Translations under genes and position numbers: made by a program
Source: Haliotis rubra
Taxonomy: Eukaryota
Direction: 5' to 3'
DNA length: 64,000 nt
Assembly: GCF_003918875.1 (NCBI RefSeq)
Contig: NW_025765570.1
Location: 806,001 to 870,000 of the forward strand
Part shown: positions 25,239-37,379 of the stretch, in pieces
Layout: each line of letters begins with the position of its first letter
How positions within the stretch are numbered: position 1 is the first letter of the stretch
Notes under the pieces: model-generated
What the model was told of the DNA's origin: nothing
Databases searched by the model: none
Seen by the model: the letters and a program-made list of their open reading frames with translations, nothing else

Positions 25239-27558
25239 TGCCCCTATTCCACACAGACCACGAATCGCACGAATCGCCATGAATTGACAAATACGAGGAT
25301 TCGTAGTTGAATCGTAATCAGTTCGTGAAGTTCTTAACTAATTCGTAATATAGTCGTAGTCAGTTCTTGCAATTCTTGAGCAATCGGGAATTCGTGGCAA
25401 AAGTTTTGAACTGTTCAAAATTTTGGACAAGAACTCCCGATAAAATAATCGTAGTTAATTCGTAACAAATTCGTTGTGCATTCTTATTCATCGTAATCGA
25501 ATCGTAGGTATCCTTAACTCATTCGTAGATTTCGTCAATTCGTGGCTTGACCACGAATCGGCTACGAATCTGTCACGAATCCCACAAGTACAGGCCGAAA
25601 CAGGTACGAAGCAAGTAAGAACTATCTTAGAATCAGCTACGATTGCCGTCGAATTGGGTATATAAGGAGTTTAATATTGACTTCAGGTCATTAGCTGCTG
25701 ACGATTGTGCCACGTATCCATAATCAGCAAGAATGTACTTAGCTAAGTATTTCTGTCTTTCAGTTTTATACAATACCAATAAAACGGCAGGATAAAAAAA
25801 AAGAAAAAAGTCCAAAGTTTGTTTTGGTTTTCGTTTCCTTTACCACTGCTCGGTCCGAGCAGAAATTTTGACAAATGGATTTGGGCAATGTGAAGATTGA
25901 AAAAAAGCAGAAATTGTAACATGTTGTTCTAGGGAGATGTTGTGCCAGGAGTCAGTAAAGCGGTACAAGCCCTCTTGGGCCTCTTGTTTTAATAAACGGA
26001 ACATTTTATTAGCGCTAACGAACATTAATAAACACTATGAACATAAATAGTAAAACATTTGAACATGAAATATCAACAGTTATCATTCAGTTAACATTCC
26101 CTCCTGCTAGTATTTCTTGCCCTCCAGAAATGTTGTTGTGGTCTTCATCCTCCCGGTCCGCTTCTGCATTTCCAGTGACAGGGAACCTGATCCTCAATAA
26201 GTTGTGGAGGATGACTCCTGCCTCCACCAGTAACCGCACCACATCAGGTCCTTGTTCCAGGGTGCCCAGGAAGCATTTCCATCTGTTGGCCACAATTCCG
26301 AAAGCATTCTCCACCACACGTCTGCCCCTGGATAATCTGTTGTCAAGGCCCCTCCTGCCATATGGTTTTATGAGGAAAGTCCTCAGTGGAAAAGCATCAT
26401 CCCCCAAATTGTAGTAGGGTGTGTCTCCGTCATCATTGGGTAGGGGATTGCTGTCAGGGAAGTTTATGGTGTTGTCATCAATGCACTCTTTCAGTTCTGA
26501 AGCACCAAACAACTGTGCGTCGGATTGGTGACCTTCTCACCTTCACCAGTGTCTATCCAGATAAACTTATAGTCCGCATCCACCAGGGCCAACAGTTGTG
26601 TGGTTTCCTGATGACCATGTACTTGCCATCCAAGACCCCAAGGGCACGAGGAGCTGGGACTGCTGGGCAATGGCCTTCCAGTCCTCCTTGGTCCTTGGCA
26701 GTGGCATGACGTCATCATTCAGCTCCTGTATGATGGCCTGACAGACTTCCTACACAGTCCATACCACTGCGCTGTAGCCACATCGGAAGTCATACTGGAT
26801 GATGTGATACCAGTCTCCTGTAGCCAGGTGTCTGAGGGTCATGGCTAGCTTCATTCCGGCATCAAGGGCTGGTTTCATGTGGGTGTCCCTCCTCCTCCTC
26901 TGGATGACATGAGCAATCCTGTTGAGTAGCTCATCAAACATGTGGGATGGCATTCTCACATAATTGGCATTTTCATCTTCCATCTTCAGCTCCTGCATCA
27001 GTCTGTTGTAGTGACCATACTCTTGCATTCTACCTGGTGTCAGCCACGGTCTAACCCATCACCTGGGTGCTCTATTCTCCTCCTTCGAAGCAGTCTGCTT
27101 CTAGCAATCTGCAGCTGGTGTTGATACTCCAGCTCAAGGGCAAATACTACAGGTGCTCTACGTTGAACATCCGTTTTGGAACTGTTACCCAAACAGGGTC
27201 TACGACCATTTTATACCTATGTCCCACGAATTGTCAAGAATAGTCACGAATTCATTTTTTCGTACCTGATTCGTACGTGCATTCGGCATATTCTTAACTG
27301 ATTCGTAAGTGATTCCTAACCTTCGGGAAGTATTCGTAATAGATTCTTGTAAATCGTAGTGACTTCTTGACAATATTCGTGCGATTCCAGCCGAATCCAC
27401 GAATGTTCGTACCTCTATCGTACCTGTATCGTAACTGAATCACAGTGCGTCCCGAATTGAACCAGAAAATTTGCACAATTCTTCGAATCCGCTTGAATCC
27501 TCAAATTTATCAATACGTGACGATTCCTGGGATTCGTGGTCTGTGTGGAATAGGGGCA
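25239..27558 (-). mobile_element. PIF/Harbinger DNA transposon with decayed HARBI1-type (DDE_Tnp_4) transposase
   Basis: TIR TGCCCCTATTCCACACAGACCACGAATC at both ends; flanks TAT/TAA; transposase pieces LAMTLRHLATGD, LVDADYKFIWID, GDDAFPL, RRVVENAFG in different frames; GAATC-rich subterminal repeats. Confidence 0.9.
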
Positions 27559-27601
27559 TAAGTCATAATAAGGAATTTAAAAATGATCATGAATATGTTA
27601 C

Positions 27602-27659
27602 CCGACTGGCAAATGACGGAAAGTCAGCAGTAGATATAGTTTGCTGGTATATATTCAAT
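27602..27659 (-). CDS. DEG/ENaC coding exon 10 (LNIYQQTISTADFPSFASR)
   Basis: tttcag acceptor, gtaaca donor; matches the 'Y...S...wPS' motif; phase consistent. Confidence 0.85.
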
Positions 27660-28358
27660 CTGAAAAACAAGAGAACAATCTTTAATTAAACCATTATGAC
27701 ATAGTTTTCCTGTCGACAAACCGAAGAAATCACCCTACAGACTGAAAATTATTCCACAGAACATGAAAGAGACAAACCTTTTCCATAGCAAAAAGTCGAT
27801 TGTATAATTTCGATTGTATCATGAGGATGTGTATACAATACCAGAAAGAGTTCGCGGAAACATGATCATCCTGCTGACGATGGCATCCGTCAGAAACACA
27901 AGAGAAGTCATGTATTTTCTTGAAAACAACCCACTGAATGTGTAACAAGGGTCAAACTAGAGACACAAAATTCGGGACAGAATTTTAGTCACAAATTTGA
28001 CGAAGTCCTTCACAACGTTTGAGGTACAATCGAGCGCGCTCTTTCTACAAGATTTCAAAGCGTTTCATACAACTACACCTTATACGTTGTTTAATGAAGG
28101 GTACAGCATTCCAAGTATCAGGAATCAAACATACACCTGGACCGTGTTTCTGAAGCTCCGTCAGCTCCATACATGGGATCGTGTATTTCACAGAAGGGGT
28201 ACATATCTACCACCTGCATCACTTAAGACTCCCTTGAAGCTGAACCATCGTGATTTAACTGAAATATATTTCGAAGTGGCATTAAACTAATCTCACTTTC
28301 TCCTGGTCTGTTGTATAATGTCTTACAACTGTTTGGCTGTGCGACGACTAGTACTTAC

Positions 28359-28431
28359 TCGCATGGCGGTGGGCAGTCACATTTGTCGCCATCCCTGGCA
28401 TAGTTGTGGTACACGTCGTTGATGCACTTAT
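28359..28431 (-). CDS. DEG/ENaC coding exon 9 (KCINDVYHNYARDGDKCDCPPPCE)
   Basis: tatcag acceptor, gtaagt donor; CxCPxPC thumb motif. Confidence 0.92.
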
Positions 28432-28447
28432 CTGATAAGGAAAACAT

Positions 28448-28970
28448 TAGTCACATTTCTCATAAAGACACATGGTATAAGCATTTCTCACAAACACACA
28501 ATGTATTCGCATTTATCATAAAAACACATATTATTCGCATTTCTCATAAAGACACATTGTATTCGCATTTCTCATAAAGACACTGTATTCGCATTTTTCA
28601 TAAGATTCATTGTATTCGCATTTTTCATAGACATGTTATTCGCATTCTCAGAAAGACATATTGTATTCGCATTCTCATAAAGACACATAGTATTCGCATT
28701 CTCATGAAGACACATTGTATTCGCATTTTTTCATAAAGACACATGTTATTCGCATTCTCATAATGACACATTGTATTCGCATTCTCATAAAGACATTGTA
28801 TTCGCATTTTTCATAAGACACATGTTATTCGCATTTGTCAGAAGACACATTGTATTCGCATTTCTTCTAAGACATGCTATTCGCATTTCTCATAAGACAC
28901 ATTGTATTCGCATTTCTCACAAAGACACATTGTATTCGCATTTCTCATAAAGACACATTGTATTCGCACA
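28448..28970. repeat. ~28-bp tandem repeat (ATTCGCATTTCTCATAAAGACACATTGT)
   Basis: Tandem periodicity starting just inside the intron next to the exon-9 acceptor. Confidence 0.9.
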
Positions 28971-29624
28971 TCCGAAATCGTCACATGTTCTCAGATATAT
29001 GATAAAGACACATGTTCATACTCCTTTAACTTCATTGCCTCAATATATCATGTATGACAAGATATTATTCTCAAATAATAGTCCTAATAATACTTAGATG
29101 AAGTTTTTATCATGTAAACAAATAACATTTACCCGAGACTGATTTTTTTAAACTGATAACACATGTGTTATTAAAAACATAATTATAGGAAGAGTGAGAG
29201 TATGAATGAAATTGGGAACATAAACATGGAAAATTGGAAAATTGGATTTTAACCAAAACTTATAACGATAGAAAAATATATAACAAGAATGCCGGGTACA
29301 CAACGGAGGAGAAGCGATTGTACTGACTACTGCTATGAGGCAGGGTTATACGTTGGGAAACAATGTCTCAACTGTTATACATTGTATCTGTAGAGAAAGT
29401 AGAGGGTAGTGGTGCACTATATATGGAATTCTACAACTTGGGAATCAGCACGTAACGCTACTCTGATGCCTCTTGACGAAATCAAGGTTAATGCCAGAGG
29501 AACACAATGCAGACACTGAGTGAACTGAGGTGAAATGGGGTTTCACGTCGTACTTATGATCATTTCACTCATATGACGACGTGCGTGCGTGTGTATGTGT
29601 GGCTGCTTGTACTATCCCAGACTT

Positions 29625-29850
29625 AAGCTGGTTTTATAGGAGATACCATGCCGCAGTTAAGCATGGATACCCCACTCAAACACATTATACCGACTCCGAG
29701 CCGACCGGTCCTTGATTTACCCATTAATGTTGAGCGCCAGGCAGGGAACAAAAAGTACCATATTTTAACATATTTTAGTATGATGCGGCCGGGGATCGAA
29801 CCCGCGACCTTCCGCTCTCGCGGCGGACGCTCTAACCCCTGCACGGTTGC
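29625..29850 (-). mobile_element. tRNA-derived SINE (family C; central domain resembles Meta-type SINEs)
   Basis: Reverse strand has GGTTAGAGCGTCCGCC...GGGTTCGATCCCCGG (B box), then a ...TGGTACTTTTTGTTCCCTGCCTGGCGCTCAACATT... core. Confidence 0.75.
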
Positions 29851-29973
29851 AATGCAGACACTGGAATAGACTGACATCGTATACAGATGGCCAGCCACAG
29901 TCGGAATAGGTGAAGCTGGCAAGGATCGCAATGTAATCAGAGTAATCGGAAAAGTTTCATCGGTACAACTCAC

Positions 29974-30088
29974 AGTCCTGGTCGTTGTCACATGGCCGAC
30001 CGTCGTAAGCATCTGCGTTTGAAAACCGGGTGTCGGTACAGTTGCAGCCTTTCACAATAGAAGTCTGGAGACACGTCTTCCGACATCC
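29974..30088 (-). CDS. DEG/ENaC coding exon 8 (GCRKTCLQTSIVKGCNCTD...PCDNDQD)
   Basis: ctacag acceptor, gtgagt donor; CxxxCxQxxxxxxCxC thumb motif. Confidence 0.92.
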
Positions 30089-30150
30089 CTGTAGAACAAT
30101 AACCATAGCACAGGAACTTTACCAAACCATCCGTTATTATCTTGATACCT

Positions 30151-30421
30151 TGAGTGAGTGAGTGAGTTTAGTTTTACACCGCACTCAGCAATATTCCAGC
30201 TGTATGGCGGCGGTCTGTAAATAATCGAGTCTGGAGCAGACAATCCAGTGATCAACAACATGAGCATCGATCTGCGCAATTGGGAACCGATGACATGTGT
30301 CAACCAAGTCAGCGAGCCTGACCACCCGATCCCGTTAGTCGCCTTTTACGACAAGCACAGTCGCCTTTTGTGGCAAGCATGGGTTGCTGAAGACCTATTC
30401 TACCCCGGATCTTCACGGGTC
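30151..30421 (-). mobile_element. Interspersed SINE-like repeat (family B) with (ACTC)n tail
   Basis: Homologous copies at ~54935-55176 (+), ~36305-36450 (-) and ~32805-32910 (+). Confidence 0.85.
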
Positions 30422-30801
30422 TGGATACATTGACCCTCATAGAAAAATCATGTGGTAAAACAACGACAAATGTAGTTTATTCATAGAAACAAAACATGGC
30501 CAAAAAAAATCATTTTGTAATGCCGATAGCTATGGTCGTATGAAATGCAGTTATTTTCAAGATTTTGGTATACAATCCTCACATATCACATAGTTATCTG
30601 GTGTAACATCTCCCAACTACAACAACATCTCCGAGCCTCCTCCTCGCTGACTGTATCAAATGCCGAATTTTACGTTGAAGTATTGCGTTCCCTTCTTGAG
30701 GAGCGGCTTTTACAATACATCACGGTTTTGTACTGGAAGATCTATCTGGCCTATTTTGCGACCAATAAAGTCCCAAACATGCTATGTGGGATTGAGATCT
30801 G

Positions 30802-30880
30802 GGGCTTCTTTCACGAAGCAACCTTTACTAAGGTTAACCTTAACACCCATTCTTTAATGGTTGCTTCGTGAAAGGAGCCC
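30802..30880. mobile_element. 79-bp mini-MITE / hairpin
   Basis: GGGCTTCTTTCACGAAGCAACC ... GGTTGCTTCGTGAAAGGAGCCC with CTG duplicated on both sides. Confidence 0.7.
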
Positions 30881-32283
30881 CTGGTGGGCCAAGGTAGAGT
30901 TGCTCATTACGTAAGAAATCTCCACCGGCACGAGCACTATGTGGCCAAGCATTGTCGTCCATAAACACTGGCCTTGTGTTCAAAGAATGTGATACAAGAA
31001 CCCAATCTAGGAAGTCAATAATATACCCTTAAAAATTGTCCATTCAGATTTGGTTTAATCGCCACAAGGTTACGTTTACAGTCATGTGAGAGATGTCCCC
31101 GCAAAATCAATTGACCCCAGCCAAACGGTTATTGCTCCGAGGCATTCCGTTGTGGGCATGCAGTGCTTCTGTCAGTTGCGCCAGACACAATAAATGAACA
31201 AAAGAAATTGACTTTGGGCCGATTTGGTGCCTTCTCCATGACATGCAACTTCAGTGACGTCGAGCTTGACACCAAACTAGTCCCGGATGGGACTGAACAC
31301 AACAAAAGTACCAGAATCAGTACTTTACTAAGACAGTGTACTCCCAAATATAACATATGTTACATTTGGCCACTTTCTAAACGACATTGTGAATTCGTGC
31401 TGCTATGTTCTCTCGGGAAAACAACGGGCGTTAGATAGGTCTATACCCGGCCGAGTTTAGGCCATCTGTTGGACAAACGGTGTGAACGCTACTGTCACCA
31501 ACGTTAATAGGATGCTGGTCTTTCCTTACCAGTCGGCTGATAGTCGACAGATGACAATCAACATCTCTTGCAATAGAACTGAATGACATGACAGCATTCC
31601 GCACACCAATAACTTTGAGCAGTTGTCAGTTGTTGAGGCCCCCAGATTTGCTTATCAACAATCAATTAATTTTAGGTTCCAAATATATTGGCTCTGGTGT
31701 ATAAAAGCCATACTAGTTGAAGAGCTTTCGGAACATGCCACACCATACTTAACAGAACAAAACATTATCAAGAACAAAATGCCGAAACATCCTTTCTGGA
31801 CAGCTCTTCCCCAAGGAAGTAATAGAGAGGCCAGTATATCCACACATCTTGCAAACCATTCCACCCTCGAAATGAGGCTAGGAAGGTTCAGCCTTCGTCA
31901 GGTCCTCCCTTCTCTTCCTTATATTCAAATATGTATTTAATGGGGAAAGGTTTTCGAGGCCATTCTGTCAGGAAAATGTCTTCGGGAAAACCATGTTTCA
32001 TATTTTTCTTATATCTTTTAAAAATTTGCATTTACCTTATTCATCTAATATACTATTTCTATATGGATATATTTCTATTTGTATAGTACGGAATATAATC
32101 GACATATGGGAAATTCTTTTTAGATGAGATCAAAATGTCAAAATATCATTTAAATTCTCTATGACTGCAAACTCCTCATGGCTAGTCAGACATGGTGGAA
32201 ATGTAAACAGACATAAGTGTCCCTGAAAGTGCTCCACCACAGTTTCTAATCCCCTTTTGTTAGTGGATAGCACAAGTACTTAC

Positions 32284-32367
32284 CTCAACAGAGTACTTCC
32301 CCTTGTAAGCGATCTTCCCTCCACGGACACAGTTACTGTATGGCTCACCTTTCTTCTTCACCACTTT
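32284..32367 (-). CDS. DEG/ENaC coding exon 7 (KVVKKKGEPYSNCVRGGKIAYKGKYSVE)
   Basis: atttag acceptor, gtaagt donor; PYSNC and YS motifs. Confidence 0.9.
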
Positions 32368-34439
32368 CTAAATACGAAACAGAGCATGATATTAACAATA
32401 ACCCTTAACATCATGAACTAGGTGCTTTCTTTACATTCACAGAGTTTCTGAAACAAATGGGATAAATACTATGTAAATTCTCAAAAACGGCTTTTTTTAA
32501 TCAGATTCCGAAAGCGCGTTTCAGTTGGGGTTTTTTGGGGGGGTGGGGCGTGTGCTGGTTTGTAAGGTACGGATGCAGTACAGGGGCGGAAACAGCTTTT
32601 GAGAAGGGTGGTGCACACTCTTGAGAAAGTGGGGTCGGGGGGCTTCGTTCAGTTGGTTTCGTTCTGAATTTGGTTTACAGGACAACAGGACAACGTCATT
32701 GCATATGTCTTCTCACTTATCTGTAGTTTCTTTGTTGTGTTCAGGACGTACTGTTCCACGTTGTTCAATAAACATAGAAAACTAGACATAAAGACACATG
32801 AGAAGAGACCCGGGTTAGAATTGATCTTGGACTCCATTATTGACAGACCGCGGCCAGTAGCTGGAATATTGATGTCTGCGGCGTTAAACAACATACAAAC
32901 GAAACCAAATACGTGAGAGGAACAATTCTGTCAAATCTACAGCGTTACATATTAAAGCAGTTCATTTGAATACCTAGGTTGTAGGATAGTTATCTGATTT
33001 GAAAGAGTATTCTGCATAGGCTTTCGCATTTCGAGTACTATTCCCACGTATGCAATGTCTTCTATACTTCTTCTAGATACTATAAAGGGTCTACTTTATT
33101 CGTTGTATGTATGTGCCCCTTGGGTGTATCTGCAAGAAACGGGGTTTTTTTTCCAGAAGACCCATGTGAACATCTAAGTGATTTCACGCAGGAACAGGTT
33201 GGGCTCAGGACTGACTGACAATCACGCTCATGAAAGTTTCAAGCAGCCCCAGTGTACATCTCTCAGTCAAACGTCTTTACAGAAAGACAGAAATGTATGT
33301 TAGGCAAGCGTCATCCTCCAGGTTGTGTCGAGGGATCTGCATCCAAACAAAATTACCTCATGATCTGTAGCGCCTGAATGGGCTGCTACTAAAGACACGT
33401 TATTGTTTCTATTAAACATTAATAAGTTCAGTCAAAGGCGATATATCCTTTAGATTGCTTAACAAAAAGAAGCCAAAATGTTTGCAATGCATACAAAATC
33501 GCAGACCGTCCATGTGAAACGGATTATCGTTCCTTCTATTTAGGCTCTGCATTCATGCAACGAATACAATTACTTTAAACAAGCAATCTTTGTAGTCGAA
33601 ATCAGCGATGAATATAAATAGTGAGACAGTATGTAAATATACATGAATGAGTTTGAAAACATACCAGTTCCAAATTACGAATGGGATATATATTCTAGTG
33701 AGTTTTTAAGACACCGAGGGACTGAGTATCTGCTAATGTGTCTGGCGAGGAAGGCGGGAGGGGGTAGTTCCAGGGGTAGGAAACTGATATTTGTCACAGA
33801 ACGGATTGATATTTTGGTCGGTGCTTGAAAGCTGCTGGAAGAACCCCCTTCCTTCCTCCAACCCCCTACACCAGTTCTCAAAATTTCTAAATAATAAAAA
33901 CTTTGATCCTTGCAGACAAGTGCGTGTTTTAGGGCTCTTAGTTATTACTATTTATGTTAGCTTGCTTCTACCCGATGTAAACAGGCCAGCTTGATGTGGG
34001 GAAATGTGGTATGTCATCAAAACACTTTGTCCAAATCTCACACCTGGACATACCCGCATAAGCATAATGACAAAAGTTATAAAAGTATGGGCCAAACAGG
34101 CAATGCTAACCTTGCATATTGGAATAAACAAGTAAAGCACATGCTGGACACAATAGCTCAAAAGTTCCGGGTCACATGTTCTCGTGGTGCGAGGACGCCA
34201 AGCACATTGGGTTATCATAGATTTATAACAGTATACTGTATTAAATATGTGTGACCGGATTTAAAGGACAACAGTACAAAAACCTTTCATGCAATGGTAC
34301 CGCGTAGATTTCCAGTAAATACAAGTTATGGACATGTATGACGCAAGGATGTCCTGTCGCAACAGCGGTGCTAACTTGAACATTACCCGCATGGATATTA
34401 GATGACCAGTGATGACCCAGTCCTAATTCGTCAGGCACA

Positions 34440-34937
34440 ATACAGTCCAATGACCCATGCCAAAGAACTGCGCCAGCAATGGAGAGCGAAAGCCCGACTC
34501 TCTACCGATACCAGCAGAAGATAGCTGTAGGCCGGTCTGAGGCCGTGTCGTCGGATAACACGTCCCTGGGTCAACTGCAACTTGAGGCCATTGGTCTGAT
34601 AAAAGTCGCCGTTTTCTTCACGTTAACGACAGACGTCGTCGTGTATGGTGATGCCGTAACGAAGCATAACACCAGGGGATGGGCCATGCAGCTGAGCCCT
34701 TTGTTGGTGGCTCAAGATGATATGCGGTGGCGTTTTGCATGACTGCAAGCTGGATCTTATTCAGTGCCTGGCACACTCAGTGGTCAACGTTCTCAACAGG
34801 AAGTACTCGATACCGCCGCCGTGTCATATAATGATAACCATTCCTTTGCCAGCCGTCCTATATTAAAGGATGACAACGCCAGACCTCACCGTTCTCGAGC
34901 CGTCATCGCCCATTTGGAAAACAACGCCACCGAAACA
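34440..34937 (+). mobile_element. Decayed Tc1-like transposase fragment truncated after DDNARPHR
   Basis: ORF 34764-34958: RPILKDDNARPHRSRAV (second catalytic D region). Confidence 0.7.
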
Positions 34938-34939
34938 TG

Positions 34940-36200
34940 CGATCGTTCAAAAAATTAAACCGCTATTGAAACGCATAGCATGCCAAGGCTCACGTCTGCA
35001 CAACGTCATGAGGCCATTGGGATGGTCCGTGGGGGGAATGTCTCAACGACAAGTGGCTGCACATTTCTACTGCCACCGGAACACCATTTCTGCACTGGTG
35101 AGACGCTACCAGAACACAAATGACGTCATCGATCGGCCACGTTCTGGACGCCCACGTGTAACAACGCCAAGACAGGACAGATGGATAAGGGTGACCTATC
35201 TTCGCCACAGGTTTCAGACTGCAGTGATGACTGCCCGAACCATCCCAGGACTTCGCCGTTTCCACCCCAACACAGTTCGACAACGTTTACGTCATCACGG
35301 GATCAGACCACGACGTCCCGCCATACGGCCAATCCTGACACAACGTCATCGACAAGCTCGCCGAATGTGGGGCCGAAATCATGTCCGCAGACCCTTGTTT
35401 TGGTGGAGAAATGTTGTTTTTACAGATGAGTCTAGGTTTAACATTTCCCATAGTGATGGACGTCAACGTGCCTATAGACGCGCGGGAGAACGTTATGCAC
35501 AGGCCTGTGTCTTGGAGAGGAATGGCTTTGGTGGTGGTTCCGTGATGATTTGGGATGGAATAACAGCACGCCAAAGAACTCCTTTGGTGATTGTTCAGGG
35601 CAACTTAACTGGTGTGGGCTACAGGGATCAGATTCTTCGACCTGTGGCAATTCCTTTTCTGCAACGTCATGGCCCTGGGTTAACATTCCAACAGGACAAT
35701 GCCTGCCCTCATACGGCAAGGGTTGCTATGGATTTCTTGCAACACCACGTCACAACGTTGACTTACTGCCTTGGCCTGCAAATTCACCGGATTTCTCCCC
35801 GATAGAGCATGTTTGGGACGAGATGGATCGACGTCTAAGCCGTCTTCCTCATCCGCCAGATAACGTCCTTGACCTTGCAACAGAACTTGAGAGAATCTGG
35901 CGTAACATCCCACAAGCCTTCCTTGCTCATTTGATAGGCTCTATGCGTCGTCGATGCACTGCTGTTCTCAATGCCGATGGTGGACATACCCGTTATTGAG
36001 CTTGTGACATGGTCGTTTGACCCCTGTCCCGCTTGTGGACTCGTGACGTCATTGTGATTGACTTTTCAATTGAAATTCTCCCGACTTGTTATGGTCTCAT
36101 GATCCCTCCATTAAAGTTTATATGGACCTTTGACATTGTTATCGTACTTATCAACTGGGATAATATTTTGACAATGCACAGTTTCTTTATGTGGCTAGTA
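34940..36200 (+). mobile_element. Tc1 transposon, near-complete transposase (ATG 34980 to TGA 35999) with two frameshifts
   Basis: MPRLT..., PRSGRPRVTT, VVFTDESRF, FQQDNACPH, PDFSPIEHVWD, GGHTRY*; right end GTTTCTTTATGTGGCTAG-TA; left TIR not found. Confidence 0.92.
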
Positions 36201-36304
36201 TATATACTAGTAAACTCATAATGATATGGACAGCATGTTACAGTTGAAACTACTTTCATTGAAACAAGAGAGTTTGGGCTAGACCGCCATAAATACATCT
36301 ATTT

Positions 36305-36450
36305 CTGGTTTGTTTGTTTGTGTAACGCCGCAGCCAGCAATATTCCACCAACTATAAATAATAGAGTCTGGACCAGACAATCCATCATGAGCATTGATTT
36401 GCGTTTGACATATGTCAAATCAAGTCAGCGAGCCTGATCACCCGCCTCTT
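36305..36450 (-). mobile_element. Partial family B SINE-like repeat
   Basis: Similar to 30151-30421. Confidence 0.7.
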
Positions 36451-36729
36451 TCGGCAATAAATAATCTGGACATAGCATGGCGTTCAGAGTTTCATTACAT
36501 TCGGACCTTCTTTCCACATATCTCTTAACACAGTGATGAAACAGAATAAAAAATAAAAGATTGCGGTTTTAATTATTAGGGAGCAAACCGAAAGTTGAAG
36601 CTTTGAACGTAAGTGAACCCATGAGCACCCGCTGACATACCCAAGGCCGATAAGAATGAATTGTGTTATTGATGGAATAACAGCTTACAACGAGATGCAA
36701 TGAAATGAATTCCAAAACTTTCAGCTCAC

Positions 36730-36893
36730 CAATCGCAGCCCTACGGATGTGACCTTTCCCGGGGCAAGGTCAATCCCGTTGTCTTCCGGAAATGGAAACT
36801 GGAACGGGTCATGGATTGTCAGCCTTGCTCCAGCTGTTCTGGACAGAGACCCTATGTATTCGTCCTGCTCAATCACCAGCTCCAAACTCAACC
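36730..36893 (-). CDS. DEG/ENaC coding exon 6 (GLSLELVIEQDEY...GARLTIHDPFQFPFPEDNGIDLAPGKVTSVGLRL)
   Basis: ttgtag acceptor, gtgagc donor; GLxLxLxxEQxEY, GxxxxIH and PG..T motifs. Confidence 0.95.
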
Positions 36894-37379
36894 CTACAAA
36901 CAAAACAAACGGCTCTGATTTGTGCTAAACATAGGAAGTGAAGCAATTCGTAACGTAGAAGTTGGATGATTCCGCATGACTGGACACATCCGATTGTGAT
37001 AGATCAGAGGTTTGAAACTGAAAGATGCCTCCTTTTGTGTTATTGAGAATGGGCATATTGTGATTAAAAATTACCACAACTATCAATTAAACATTGAAAT
37101 ACCACTGCTTGTAATTTTACAGTGACACGCTTTGCTTTAATGGCAGTTTGTTTGATGGTAATTCATTCGTCCATGTCGAGCACTCATTATCTTCAGAAAC
37201 ATGTCATGGTAGAATGCATACAGGTCCTTTGTTAGGCAGAGCCACATATGTATCACATGCATAAATGACGAGATGGATATATGTGTCAGATATCGGGCGA
37301 ATGGAGGTGGAGGTAGATTTAACGAGAGAGATATGGCGCATGATAGGACTGTGATATACAGCAGTCACAACGGGTATTA

